DNA of 57,358 bases, counting the filler, from Bipalium vagum (taxonomy: Eukaryota): assembly GCA_037834085.1 (NCBI GenBank). It is 3 parts of 3 records of this genome, joined end to end, with 100 filler letters (N's around TTAATTAATTAA, not from the genome) between each part and the next. Parts side by side here need not be neighbours in the genome. Positions count along the whole stretch, not along the records: positions 36,116 to 57,358 come from JBBMKC010240084.1; 2 more parts are not named here. One strand, 5' to 3'. Positions within the stretch are counted from its first letter, which is position 1. Each line of letters begins with the position of its first letter. A program made the position numbers and the translations under genes. Below are positions 36,149 through 51,460 of this stretch, in pieces. The notes under the pieces were generated by a model. It was not told the origin of the DNA, ran no database searches, and saw only the letters and a program-made list of their open reading frames with translations.

Positions 36149-39100
36149 GACAATGCTCGTAACATTAGCTGCAAATCATTTCTTCCACAAGATTTCTTGA
36201 ATTGAATAATCCTGAGTAATATAAAAAAGGTCTTGTTAGACATTGATATAATTTTTTTGAATATTGATAATATTTAATTTAATTTGAAATCCCTCATACA
36301 TATTAGAGCGGGAACCAAATAATTTTCATCATAGAGAATTTATTATATCCTCACTTTATAATGCATTAAACATGTATTTCAAAGGATTCTGAAAATCAAT
36401 AAAGAAAATAAAGAAAATAAATTATTTAACAGTTGTACTTGAATTTTATCCCTTAATAACAAGTTCTAATTATGTAATTAAATAATATTATGATTTATGA
36501 ATTTTTTTTTCATTTTTCGTGAAACCGAAATACGTTTTATGACAATTTCAGTTTTCAAATTTTTAATGCACTACATAAAATATAAATGGCTTTACTTTAT
36601 TTTATATTTTTTAACTATAGTAAAAGTGAATTAAATATTAAAATTTCTGTTTTCTTTAATAAATTTAACAGGTATAATAATATAGTTAATGAGATCTGTA
36701 ATGTAATTAGACTTGAACTAAAATTTATTTTGTACATATAGATAATGTCTTCTACACCTACAAAAACTTCCTTTTTACAATGTTACCGTAATGAGTTCAG
36801 ATTCCAAATTAGCAAATGTACATACATATATATACTTATATTTGTATTTGCAATGGGAAAAATACATTTCTCATACGAGAATGTTAATGTAAAAGAAATT
36901 GACTCAAAAATTGGTAATCAGCTGATGGTTTCGTTTTAAAGATAAATATACAAATAAAGTACTTAGAAAGGATTAAATAGCGTTTTAATATTATCGTATT
37001 ACTTTTTAGAAAGGGTTTTCTCCGATATTTGAAACAATTGTTCTATTTACAGATAGGTAATTGCTTAACTAACTTGTTCGTTGAGATAAACATTTACCGA
37101 TTATTGAGAAAATGAGTTATTTCCTACAACTGTCTACAAATAAGATTTAGTACTAATTATCCATCCAACAATTAACGACAGAGCTTTGTCTTTATTCTCT
37201 ATTTTGTGACTTCATTGTTCTCTTCTGAGAAGATAGGGAAGATTATATCATTTAAATTGATTTTTCATCATTATTTTAACTCAATTTTCAGTTTTTTCTT
37301 TTCCACAAACATAGGGCAGAAGATTATTTATATAATGATTTTTTCTCGTAATTAAATTAATTAACATTTCTTAACTATAAATGAAATTTTGACTTCGTTA
37401 AATAAACCCTGACTACTTATTGTGTACATAAGAAGTTTTAATTAAAAATAAAAGAGAACGTACTAAAATTATTGTCTTTATAATTATTATTTCTACATCA
37501 ACGTTGCATTATACTTTGTTCTTACTTATTTTTGTTATATATGCTCATTTAACTTAGTTTTAATTGTGAAGAGCCAATATACTTTCAAAAACCATTTCTA
37601 TTTAATAATCCAGTCATAAGATACAATATTTTACATAACAAGGTTCCACTTTTTTAAGGTATCAAAAGACACTTAATTTAACAATAACCACAAGCCCTTA
37701 CTGCAAAGAAATTACTGGGTTCAAGACCAGTATCGACAGGTGTCATGGCCTGTTTTTCGTTATAGTTTTCGATTATCAAACAATTTCATAGAAAAAGTAT
37801 TTCTTTTTTCTTCATTTTACAAAAATAAAATAAATTTCAATATTCCGCTTTCAATAGACAAATCGATTTACAAAGAATATTATTTGATTAGGGAGTTCTG
37901 GGTTGCACATGTGTTTCTAATGTCATCTGCCTAAAAATGACAAGACGTTTATAACAAGTCAACGAATTGAAAGAATCTTTGATTTTAATTTATATTGAAT
38001 TCCTGAAATTGGGAAGAGATCTTAGTGAGTAGATAGATCTCTGAATAGATCAACGATTCCAGATGTTTTAATACGATGTTATTATTATTATCATTATTAA
38101 TTTTATTTCTTAAATTATATATATAAAAATATAAAAAAATTATAAATATTTCAACAATTATTTAAAATTTAGCGATAAAGTTATATCGATAATAACAAAA
38201 AAAAATATTAATGAAAAGTAAAAAACTCTGCTATTGTTTTTATTATATTATATTATTAATTATTTATATCAGCAAATAATTTATTGTTGTATGTCGTTAT
38301 TGAGTTAAGTAACGGAATAGCCCAATTGCTTTAATGCATTAAGCATAATTTTAAAAGAATTACAAATTAGTAATAGAAGTACTTAGCTCGTTATGTTTGG
38401 AAAAATCCGTTTCAGAGGATTTCCTAATTGAATTTATTCATAAGAAACTGTATAAAATAATTCTTTCCTAATCGAAATTATAAAATTCTCAAATATTCTA
38501 ATATTTCCATCAGCTCTTAGAGTCGACTTTGCCATTCTCAGTTTATTAAACAAATGAGATGAAAATTATGCAAAATATTCCAATTCTCAATTTTCCGTTG
38601 TAATATTATGCTTCCTAACTTTGAGATGATTATTGATTCTACTCTTTCAGTTATTAAATGAGTGGCCATTTGCAAATTATTTCAGACAAATATAATGAAC
38701 TTTTTGATCATCTTTGCTCATTAAAATTACTTTTACAATGTATAAATTAAGGATGACAAAATAGATTGAACTGGTGATAGGAAATGGCACATATGAGAAC
38801 TATCTCAACCTGATTAAGTTTCATTTGGTAATATAATTAATCAATTTAAAACTCCAAGATTTCTACTTAGAATTTTCTTGTAAATTAAATTGAAATCAGA
38901 AGAAATAAATAATTTCGAAATAAAGAAATATTTTGATTAAAGCGACTATCAGTTTAAAACAAATAGGCCACTACTTTGCAACCTAGTCAGAGAAAATATA
39001 AAAAAATGGATTACGATAAAAATAAAATATATTTAAATAAATAAATAAACATTCATAATTCAATAAGTATTACTAAGAATTTTTTGATAATGATAATAAT

Positions 39101-39362
39101 AATAACTATTATTATTATTATATTTATTCATTGTGGTTATATCGTTTGGTTACTTCAGAACAGACACCGCTCGTATTAAATAACCAGTCATGGTGAGGGA
39201 TTTCAGGAACCAAATGAAAAAGATTCAAGTCAGTTACTTCGATTTTAAAAGTGGATGATGGGTATTAGTTTAAATCGACTAATAATTAAATTCTTGAGTT
39301 AACTTTTGACAAAAATGATCTATTTTTCTCCATCATCTCTAGATTCTTTTTTATTATATTTA

Positions 39363-40444
39363 TTTGGTTAATGAATAAGTCATGGGATTTTTTTAATTCA
39401 TTAAACATACCATCAATTGATAACATAAGATAGTTTAGATAGTTAGTTTCCTTGAATATTAAGTTTCGATGGATAAGTAAGGTTACTCGGTTTTTTTTGT
39501 AAAAATAATTTTAAATGGAGTACCAGATTGGAAAAAATGAGCATATTACTGTTCGTGTATAATCAAGGAACAAAAGCTTCAGAAGCCACAAAACTATGTT
39601 CATTTTATTGGAAAGGAGCGGTCAGCGAAAGTACATGGTAAAGATGGTTCAAACAGCACAGTTTCGAATTGACTTACACTTTTCGTTCCGAAAGATCTAA
39701 TGTCGACTAAGACTGCCTAAATCAATTGTTGTAAGACAATTCGCGTCAAATGATTCGCAAATCAGCAGATAAAAGAGTAAAGATCAACCGACCATTATTC
39801 GGTATTTGCATAAAATATGAAAGATGTAAAAATGTGGTTCTTGGGTACCTCATGTTCTGAATGAACACGATAAATAAGAGATAAATGTCATTAGCAACTC
39901 TTTACTTACTCGTTACCACTCTTCTCTAAACAGTACCAGTCTTTCTTATCATACATCCTAACCGATAATGAAAAATGGTTCCCATTAACTTTGAGCATAT
40001 GAAAGAATGGTTGAATCCAAATCATCAAAACTAAATACCCTTTTCCGAAAAATAATACATAGGGTTTTGTGGAACCAAAAATGGGTTATCTATTATGCTT
40101 TGCTTAAGAGAAACCAAACAATAACCAACTTGGTTTGGAGATTCTACCTCACCCGATATATTGAACTGATCTAGCCTCAACAGATTTTCTTCTTATTGTT
40201 ATGTAATGGCATGCAAGGAATTTCATTGTGAAGATGACTCGCACTAGCAAAATTAGCTTTAAGGATTTTTTTACATCAAAATTTAGAGATTTTTCAAACA
40301 TTGGAATACAAAAACTATCTGATTGTTGGCAGGAAGTAATAAACAATGAAGGAAAATATAAAATTGATTATTATTATTGATTATTCATTTATGTGACGTT
40401 TATTTTATTTTATTGAGGACGACAGAATTAATGCATCAACCCAA
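39363..40444 (+). mobile_element. mariner, degenerate, in the DYRK1 intron
   Basis: Imperfect TIRs ta|tttggttaatgaataagt / aattaatgcatcaacccaa|ta; GSWVPHVL, ILTDNEKW, HPIY*TDLASTDF, GIQKLSDCWQEVINNEGKY. Confidence 0.88.
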
Positions 40445-40661
40445 TATTGAGTATACAGGGATTAAAACTTCGTAAAATGCATTTAGAGGACAATGTATTA
40501 CTGTCAAACATTGAGAATTGTAAAAACAAATTTATTTTTTAAAAATTTAAAAACATTTTTGCATGAACTGATTAAAAATTTAAAGAAAATAATATTTATA
40601 TATATTATATTTAATCTTTTTATAAAAATTAATATTTAATAATTTATATAAAAATATTTTA

Positions 40662-41009
<348 letters not shown>

Positions 41010-41039
41010 CTAGTCTTTTGCATTAAAAGGAAATGTTAC

Positions 41040-41214
41040 CGATGCAATTAGCTCCCCAGTGAGGCACTGAAACCATGTCCTGATCTTCTTGATATCGAGC
41101 AAGCATCCGCAATAATCTGATTTCTGTTTCTGCTTGTTGGACAAAACTTCTGCGATTCCGAATAATCTTAATAGCTACGGGTTCTCCTGTATTTAAGTCG
41201 TTTGCTCGAACGAC
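41040..41214 (-). CDS. DYRK1: DYRK1 exon (VAIK lysine, helix C)
   Basis: tttataag|GTC GTT CGA...; VVRANDLNTGEPVAIKIIRNRRSFVQQAETEIRLL...GANCI; donor ATC G|gtaaca, phase 1; 175 nt. Confidence 0.95.
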
Positions 41215-41633
41215 CTTATAAAAAAGAAAAATTTTCTTTATCATTTTTTTTATTAAAAGTTAATAGTCAATTCAAGAGTAGCTGGTCATTATAAAATAGA
41301 AAGTGAAATAAATGACAATAATTTTGATTATTCCTAAGTAAAATTATTTTGGAACACAAAGAAAATAAGTTTTGGATTAGATAAAGAGAATTAAAAATAA
41401 AGATAAAATCAACTATCCAGTTTTGAGAACTGTCAGAGTTCAGAGCATAGAAATTCCTAGAGAACAAAAAGAAAAATATATTTAATAAAATATGAAATTG
41501 AAATGATATCGCTAATACTTCCTTGACAATGACAAATTATTTCTCCTGAAAAGTTAAAAAAAATAACTTTTTTTTTAGTAAAAGTTAAACTTTAACTGTG
41601 GTACACTCTTTAAGCCTTTTCGTGAGCTGATTA

Positions 41634-42891
41634 TAATGTATGGAAATTAGTTCCCATCGTTTTTCTAGACTAATTATTATTATAAATATCGTGTATTTGT
41701 CTTTGAAAATAAAACTACAAAGGAATATTATAATATATCTATAGGATATCAATAGTCAATATTTGTTTGAACTGATTAAACAGCTTATTTATTTTAGCAA
41801 AAATGCAAAATCATAGACCAAGAAAACAGCATTTCTTGGTCTATGATTATTATTTAAAGAAAACAGCAGCTGAAACCCATAGATTAATGAAAAAAGCTTA
41901 CGATGAAAACGTCCTTTTCGAATCAACATACCAAGAATGGTATCGACGATTTAAAACAAGTGAATTTAACGTCGTAAACAACCCAAGAAATTGGGAGATC
42001 ATGATTTACGAGGAATTATCAAAGAAGACCCATGTCAAACGCTTGAAGAAATAACTCAGACACAGAATGTTGACAGGTCAGCTGCTGGTAAACGGATGCA
42101 CACATTGGGAATGATCCAAAAGTAGGTAAAACGGATAGGTACCAAAAAAATCCCAAAACTGCTTGCGAAATTTTACTTGCAATATTTTTCCATCGAATTA
42201 TATAAATATTATTATATTAATAACTTGTGATGAAAATTGGTTTTTATAAGGATCCCAAGCAAAGAAAATCATGGACAATGCCCGGAAAAACATCATCATC
42301 GACAGTAAAAAAATTGACGAACAGAAGTGAAGTGATACTGTGTATCCTGTGGGACCAAACGGCAGTATTGTACCGGGAGCTTCTCAAACCATTCGAAACT
42401 GTAACTGGTGATCGATAACAGCAGCAGTTATTCGATTTAAGTCGAGCAATAAGCACCAAGAGATCACAATATGGCCTAAGACATGATCAGATCATTTTGC
42501 AACACGATAACGCCAAACCAAAACAAGTCACAAAAAAAATCTTGAAAACAAGTTAAAGAAATATTGAAAAGACTTGGCTAAGAAGTTCTACCTCATCCGC
42601 GTACTCAAGAGACATAGCACTATCTGTCTTCTAAGTTTTTCGATCCATACAGCATTCTCTTGCTGGACAAAGCTTCAATTCGTATGAAGATGTCAAAAAA
42701 TGGATTGATCAATAGATTGCTTCAAAGGATGAAGATTTCTTTAACTGCAGAATCCATTCTTTGCCCAAAGATGGTAAAAAGTTAAAGATTCCAACGGAAA
42801 ATATTTTGACTGAGGTAAATGTTTTGTTACTTTTAAGTAATTGACTTAATTTTCATAAACAAAACGATGGGAAATAATTTCTATACATGTT
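41634..42891 (+). mobile_element. mariner (Mos1-like), full-length degenerate, in the DYRK1 intron
   Basis: TIRs atgtatggaaattagttcccatcgtttt / aaaacgatgggaaataatttctatacat; KTAAETHR, ITCDENW, ILCILWDQ, ILQHDNAKP. Confidence 0.92.
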
Positions 42892-43150
42892 ATAAAATGT
42901 TTTTATAATTTATCTGAGAATACGGTCTAATTATATTATGCAGTTTATTGCTTTATTTTTGGGAAATATTATTAAACTTTATGTAATTTTCAATTTTTCT
43001 TATTTGTCTTTTTTTGCTTAGACATTGTTTTCATAATCTCAAATTTAATAATTTTCTTACTTAAGTCTGAAATTTATTCATTTCACAATTATAAATCTAC
43101 AAATGTCATTTTAATAAAATTAATAAATACAAAAAACAAAGATAAAACTA

Positions 43151-43360
<210 letters not shown>

Positions 43361-44030
43361 TTATTATATTTAAAGCAATTTTTTTTATTTGCTATAATTT
43401 GATATATAGAAATGATCAATTCACAAATAAGACATTAAGTTAAAATGTGGGTTGCAAGAGTCTATAAATGATTTATATTGAAAACAAACACCTTGATAAT
43501 TATCTAAAGAAAAAACAATATTCCTTTCTTCAGTAAAAATTTACATAAAGCATCACATGTTGAGCTCATCGTTTTATAAGAGAAAATTCTACGGGTTGTG
43601 ATAGTAGTTAGTTTTTAAATCTCAAGCAAAAAGATTAAAATACTTTACGAAAAATTAAAAGAACCAAGAAAGTTGAACATGCTCCTAAACTGAAAGCTGT
43701 TTTCTTTGTCATGGAATTACTTTTATTAATTTCTATTTCTTTCATCTAAGAAAAATAAATAATCTTTTGGAGTTGCCTAAATTCTCATGTTAATAAATAT
43801 TTTCTTTTCACGTATTTTCCTCCTTTAATAAATTTATATTTGATAATTTAATTATAATTTTGTAATTATTTTACTTGTTTTCTATCTTTACATTAATCAA
43901 TCAAATTTATTTACAGAAATAATTATGTTATTTATTACCAAATATACACTTTAGAAATTATCCGAGAATATCAGCTTTTACTAATGGTAAGCCAATTAAT
44001 AATAAAGCCAATGATATAAATATTATGTTA

Positions 44031-45157
44031 TCAAGTATGAAAAGTCGGATTTGAAAAATCCAAAGTTTGATATTTAGTATTTTAAATTAATTTTAAATTT
44101 AACTCGAAAGTTATTTGTTTTTGTTTTACTGCTTAATTACTTTGTATAGCGCATATTTAAATATCTGATTACATTTTAAATTGGCATTCGTAGATCTACG
44201 TCTCTAAACAATGGATATTTCAAAAATTCGTGTCAATTTTAAATACGAGTTCCGTCTTAGAACTACTACAAGGCAAACGGTTCGAAATATTAGTGATGTG
44301 TTTATGAGCAATGTCGTCAACGATGGGTGCAAAGATGCCTTCAGAAGTTAAGTGCAGAAGAGTTCTGTCTTCAAAATATGCCACGTGATCGACCTGAGAC
44401 GAAGATGTATCATACTGACCTAAAAGTATTCTGTACTGGAGAAGGATCCATTTCAAAGCACTCAGGAATTAGCTTTGAAATTCAAAGTCTCCACCCGTTT
44501 AATAATTGACCATTTGAAACAAATTAACAAGGTTAAAAGGTTTTACCGAATATCAGAAAAAAGATATTCTTCAAGCTTTTCTTTCCTTGTTGTTAAGGCA
44601 TAAAGGCGAGCCATTTCTTCAACGTATCGTGAAGTGTGACGACAAGTGGATTAAATTCAATAATCGCAGGCAATCATCTCAATTGTTGGATAAAGATGAA
44701 GCGCCCAAACCCGAACGTTCACCAAAAACCAAATCATGGTATTATGTACTATACCAAATTAAAGGATATAATGAAGTTGCTTGCTATTAAGCAGCCAAGA
44801 TTGGTCAATCTAGACAAATCAATTTTCTTACAAGACAACGCCTGACCACTGTAGGAGTTGGAACTGAAAACTCTCTGCCACCTACCGTGTGTCAACTGAC
44901 TATCATTTCTTCCGAGCTTTGGATTATTTCATGGTTGGAAAAATATTCAATACAGAATCGACTGTGAAAAACGCTTTTCGTAGTGTCATCGCCACTCTAT
45001 CACTAAACTTCTTCGTTGCTAGAATAAACAAGTTGCCATTAAGATGGCAGAACTGTGTTGATATTTTTAAGTGTTTATTTTGAATAAATATATCGTTTCT
45101 TGCTTCTTATATTGTAAATCAAAATATTGATTAAAATTCCGACATTTCATGACCTAA
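44031..45157 (+). mobile_element. mariner, degenerate, in the DYRK1 intron
   Basis: TIRs ...atgaaaagtcggattt / aaattccgacatttcat; EPFLQRIVKCDDKWI, FLQDNA, STDYHFFRALDYF, KLPLRWQNCVD. Confidence 0.9.
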
Positions 45158-46747
45158 TACTTTAATTCGAAAATTTATGCATATTCCCATTAAGGTCCAT
45201 TAGAGCAGAAGTGTTCAAATCTCTCCAAATTTAAATGTTCCATATTTTCATTTAATTTTAAAATTCTCTTCTTTATTTTAATCATCAATACATCTTAACC
45301 AAATTTTAATAAATCAATATTTTACGGTATTTTAAAATAATAATATTTTATAATAATTTGTCATTAATTATTTTCAAAAATAATGTTCTAATATCAAAGA
45401 GATATACTTTATTTTTGTTAAACAGCTTACAACTTCTGTCGATTCTCTTTACAGAAATTAACTCTTGTCGAGCTTACACAAAGAAGCTTATGGAAAAATA
45501 TTGCATATTGCGAATAAGTACGGAAAAAGTTCAGTGTTGCCAATTGTTGGTAGGGTAATGTATTTATTTTTTAATTTAATCCCACTTAAATTAGGGAATT
45601 TATTTTTTCCAATTGTTTGCTTGGCAGTTACTAAATACAAATATTTACGAGCAAAAAATGAGGATTTGTTTTTCATTAATTCAACCATTCGTTTGTAATG
45701 TATATATTTCCAAATTCCAGTCTGTTTTGCTCATTTTATGAGGATGATTTGGAAAACGTAAAATAAATTATAATAATTTTACTCACTAGTCACAGTTGTG
45801 ATTTTATTATGTTAATTTTGGAATTTCAGAACGATAATAATAGTGCCTAGAAGACAATAAGTATTCATAATCAAAGTTTTATAAACAAAAATCAGATATA
45901 ATAAAAATTATTTCTACTCAAAAATCTTAGAAACTAAATATTTTATATTTTATCTTTATTCAAAAATCTTTCCTTTTATTTTCTGTCTCACTGTTTTCTA
46001 TGATAGTAATTTTTAATTTACATATTTTCAGATATATAATGCAATAATTTAATTTTGGACTCACCAAGAGAATCGACGATAGATTTAATAAAAAAGGTCT
46101 CAAAAGTATCAATGTTTAGGACCTCAATAAAGTCAGTTAAACTATAAATAATAATTATTATTATCATAATTTATAATAATAATAATAAAATTTTCTAAAT
46201 AAAAATTTTAACATTCCTTAATTAATAATAATATAAAAAGATAAAAAATTTAAATTATTTCATCTAATTCAGCAAGCAGGAACTGCAAAAACTTTATAGA
46301 TAAACTTCTTCCCCTCAAGACAATTTTATTATAATCAGATCTTGAGAGGAACTTACAAAATATTTTTTGAATATGTTCCCACTTTCATCAATGGATGACC
46401 GGGTTGGACGACCCGCTAAAAAGTAAAAAAAAACATAAAAAAAGAAATAACTGAAAGGTTGCAGAAGAAGTGGCAGCACCCCAACAGTTAAAGGATTTAT
46501 TAATAAATTATTCTTCCCTTTTGTGTCCGAAGGATTACAATTTGTGGCTGTTGTCAGAAGACTCATTATGAACTATTCTTATTTAAATTATTTAATTTCT
46601 CTTGTGTGTATGATAAATTTTAAATTGATCCTATGCAATTTGGCTTAACCGATTATCCTATTTTCTTTCTCTTTATCTGGTAAGTGTTAATTGTTATTTT
46701 TTTGCTTTATTTTGTTATTTCAATTTTTTTATTTATTGTAACGAGTA

Positions 46748-46755
<8 letters not shown>

Positions 46756-46799
<44 letters not shown>
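46756..46799. repeat. (ATT)n microsatellite
   Basis: Direct reading; similar arrays at ~36116, ~48023, ~55975 and ~57280. Confidence 0.9.
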
Positions 46800-46804
<5 letters not shown>

Positions 46805-48021
46805 ATTTATTAATTTTATTATTGTTTGATAATCATTAAATGGATTCATTTTAACAGTTATTTTACAACTTTAATTGACATTACATTCACTTTGAACATT
46901 GAATTTTTCTTAGTGAGCACCATCTCTTTATTATTTGTCAATTTTTATTTATTTTTGATTTTGATGTTGAATTTATTTTTTTGTTGTAATTTCAGTGCAC
47001 ATTGTAATTGAGAAAGAGAAAATTGTAATGTTCCTTGTAATCGAAATATAAATTGTGTATCTGATCTTCAATTATTTTCTTGTAAAAGGGACGCAACAAA
47101 ATTATTATCGAGAAGTCAGGTTTAAGGTTGAAATTTAACTTTTTACAATTTTCACAGATCTCAATTAAATAAAAATAAAATTTAATTAAATAATTAATTA
47201 ATTAAATAAACTTAAATTCTTTTTCATTAAAAAGATATCATATGAAAACTATAATATTAAAAAAATTAAGTAAACTAAAGTCTTTATAAAATTATTAACC
47301 ATACAACATTAGATTTTTTGAAATTTAATAAAAATTTTAATTAATTTTAATCTTAACTAAATATTTTTTAATAAATTTAAATTTACAATTTACATTAGTT
47401 AAGATATTTTTAAATGGCTCTCGAAACATTAATAACTTTTTTAATATTCCCAAAATGAATATTAAAATTTTATTTATTGACACAGTTACCACTCCGTTAA
47501 CAAACCCGTCAAAACTGTCTAAAATTAAAAAAATACACTATCATATCTAAAAAAAATTATCTCTAAGAATACTAAATTAGAAATTTAAGTAATAAATCAA
47601 AATAAAATAAATTCATAAAATCATTCTGATAGAAAAATATTTCTTTGAAAAATTATTTTTGCATATCTTATATCGTTTCTATGAAAATAAAACAATGTAA
47701 TTTCTTCGAAATCATGCCACATTTAAAAAAGTCTTTTAAAATGCAATGAAACGATAAATTAATCGATTTCCTTCCAGTTTTCATTGAGATTAAATGAAGT
47801 AGTTTATTAAAATTTAATTAGATTTGAAGAATAAATTTGGATGGAAACAGAATTATACTCGATAAATTTCTAATCATTTTATATAATAATATAATTTTTA
47901 TGAAAGCATTCAAAAATTCCTTTATATTCGAAAAATAACAATTTTTAAGACAAAAATAACTTTTAAATTCTACATCACAAAAATTATGAACTAGTGTTCA
48001 AGAAATGAAAGTAAAATAATC

Positions 48022-48062
<41 letters not shown>

Positions 48063-51000
48063 TTAATATTAATAATAATAATAATAATAGCTTATTATTT
48101 TCATTAAATTTATACTTTTTATTCATGAAATTATATAAAATAAAATATTTAAGTGCTTGGATCCATTAATGATAGAATGCTGACCATAATCCTTCAAGTT
48201 CCTCATAAACCCTTAATTGATTCTCATGGAATTCGATTCATTTATCAAACGAAAAATTGTCTATTTTCATCAATAAAACAATCCATTTTATTGAACTACC
48301 AACATTGTTACCAACTCACATCAAAACCTTATTTTTCCCAACATTTCTCTCATAGTTTTTGAAGCCAGACAATACTTTAATGTTTCGTCAATATATTAAA
48401 AATGTTGGAAACGACATAAATAATTAATAACAGTTCTCTCAACTAATAAAATATTCGTTCGAGCCATTTTCAATTAAGATTATTAATTTTTACATTATGT
48501 ACATTTGGTCGTAATTCCTTCAAGAAAAAAGAGATTTCAAAGGAAATGTCGATATTGGTTATTCTAGAGACAGAACTTTCAAATATAAATCAATAACAGT
48601 TTATTTTTTGGCATTTACAACAGAAAATGTTAATTTCCCAATAAATGTTAAGAGATAAAAAGAACACAAACTGAATGACTTTCCTTTTTTATCTTAAATT
48701 TTCCATCAAATAACTGTAATAACATTGGAATAAATAAATTGTTCTCCTTCGACAGTGAGCTATCATTAATTTCCCATTGAAAATTAGCCAACGGCTTGTG
48801 TTATTTACGATAAATAATCCACTTTCTTCGTTCTCAAGTTTCACTTCTCCAAATGTTTAATGTCGGATGACTCTATTTGCCCAGTGTGATAAAATACGAA
48901 AGATGAACAATAAAACTGAGTCGTGTGAAACGGGAATTTGGCAACAGCTGCCTAATCAGAACTTATTATTATATCAATGATTTTAATTTTCAACCTAATT
49001 TGTTTTATTTCTCCCGTTATGATAAACAATCATTTTTACAAAGTTTCCCTCCTACGTTATGCAAAGGTAAAACCTTCAATCATCAATAGCGACTTATTTA
49101 ATTATTTTTATAAGAAATACATAAATATATATACATAATTACATAAATTGTATGAATGTCATTCTTTTATAGTTTCATATACATTTTTAATTACAAATTG
49201 TAAAATATTCCTGTTACATATGCATGAAAAATTCATTAAAACTATAACTCTCAGCAACATTTGCGAATTGAGATAATTATTTTAAGTTTTTCTCATAATA
49301 TTATTTTATTTATATTATTTATAAGTTTATAGGTATAATTATTGATTTCCAAATATTTTTAGTAATTTAATTTAATTCATATGGAATATATAAACCCAGT
49401 CAATAATTGATTTTCTTTATTAGATTATTCGGTGATTTTACTGAAGATAAATGCATATATAAGTTTTTTATTATTAATAAAGAAATGTTAAGTTCTAAAA
49501 TAAAAATATATTACTAGTGAATCAACTAGTGGAAATTCCTAAATATAAATCAAATACCAGAAAAAAACTTCATAATTTTCATTTTGTTTTTCAATCTATT
49601 TTTATTTTTTAAAAATTAATTGAAAAAAGTAGGAAAAAAAGAAACCGATTTTAAAAATTATTTTGATTTATAAAGAAAAATGATTTGATTGATAATCTAT
49701 TCACGGAAATGAATATTTTATTATTGTCCTTCATCCAAAATTAGTTTGATATTTTACACGTTTCTTTAAACATTATTAAATGATAAATAATAAATAATAT
49801 ATTAAAAAAAAATTTTTTCACTTAAATGTGATCCAATTTTGTGATATAACAAATTCTAACATAACACAATAATTATAAAAGAGTATTTGTTTTTTATATT
49901 AATGTGTAATATAACAACAAGTTTTGCACAAAGGATTAAATTAAAAGAAAGAAAGAAAAATTAAAGAAATCGGAAATGTTAATAAAAACAAAAATAATGA
50001 TGATAATAATAAACATCTCTAAAAATACCCAAATTAACTTCGAAAACATTATCAAAAAGTCGAAATGTAAAAAATAATCAAAAAATTATTTACAATATTT
50101 TGCATCAAATAATCGAAAATAAACAATTATTTTCATTAATTCTATAAGTGACAGCAAATCGATTTTCTTTTCTCAATTTTCTCGGGAAATGGCAAATATT
50201 ATTTGGAAGATATACAAAAACCTTATAGTTTAATGACAGCTGCTGATGTAAAAGAATAATAATTTGAGGAAAATATTTTTATATATTCTTAAGGTATCCT
50301 CTTCATTTTTTTAATATGAGTATATTTTGATTAGCTTTTAATACTCGTATAATATAAAATTAATAAATATAAATGAAACATACTAATTCTTATGGGATAG
50401 ATGAGAGTAAATGTTGAAAAATGCTTTAAATTTATTAACATTTTTATATAACAGTGAAACATTTTTTGTGCAATAATTAATTAATTAATCCATCAAGATT
50501 TATGATTTAATTGAATTTGCACCATTTTATATCTAACATAAACTTACGAAGTAACAACACCTTTTTCTATTTGATTCAATGAGTACAGTTGTTATTTCAT
50601 CAATTAAAATTAATACTAATTGATTGAAAGATAATAATTAAATAATTATTCCAGTTACTAATTGATTAATATATTATCTCTAGTAAGGTAATATGTTATT
50701 TAAATAAAAACTACCTGTGCTTGTAGTAAATAAATATAAAATATCGATTTTTAATTTTTCCACGCTTCAGTGGTTAAATTCGATTAGTTGAAATTTTCCA
50801 CATCATTTTTTAGAATTTTAATAAATTTCAATCTCATTTTGATACATTGCTTTCAATTTGTCAGTTAATATAAAAAATTATCTATTCCCTTTCTTGATTT
50901 TGACATTTCTAATATATTCGTTATCAACTTTATTAGTTTATAAATAATATTTAAATTCATTTAATTATATTAACAATGAGTTAAAAATTCTTTATTAAAA

Positions 51001-51226
51001 TTCTCATGATTTAAGTTTAAAAAGGTAATTACAATGAGAAAAACGATTCATTTTTATAATAGTGATGATTTTTAGATAGTATTATTAAAATTTATTATTT
51101 AAGAAATACTTTTCTCTATTAGTTATTTTTAAAGACCATATTTTAAAGTATACCACTTAGGTTTCCTCATAACGAAAATCATAAATAATGTCACTGAACA
51201 AATATGAACATGCCTTACCACTTTCA

Positions 51227-51256
51227 TAATACTACTACTACTACTACTACTACTAC

Positions 51257-51302
<46 letters not shown>
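51227..51302. repeat. (ACT)n(AAT)n compound microsatellite
   Basis: Direct reading. Confidence 0.9.
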
Positions 51303-51460
51303 CCAAGGAATTTATATCTGGAGAATTTAGTAGGCCACATATCCGTTAAACAGATATTCTGCATATTTATCTCAAGCCAAATCTGGGTTTTTGTGGATGT
51401 ATGACATGGGGCTCCATCTTGGATGAACACAACTGGATCATCAAAATGGTATACAGCTAT
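51303..51460 (-). mobile_element. Tc1-family transposase fragment
   Basis: VFIQDGAPCHTSTKTQIWL...DMWP/ then NSPDINSL after a frameshift (QD.AP.H...WP.NSPDLNP). Confidence 0.8.

Noticed and set aside
37712-37732. B-box/T-arm-like TACTGGGTTCAAGACCAGTA
   Set aside because: No A-box, D-arm or acceptor stem found; at best a decayed SINE fragment.
45425-45760. Plus-strand exon-like chain with 30-40-nt introns
   Set aside because: Joined frames hit stops and give no recognisable protein; the minus-strand signals nearby are stronger.
46250-46265. Possible systematic non-canonical (GA-AG) introns in the cryptic exon chains
   Set aside because: Phases do not work consistently and all DYRK1 introns are GT-AG; mutated donors in pseudogenes are the simpler explanation.
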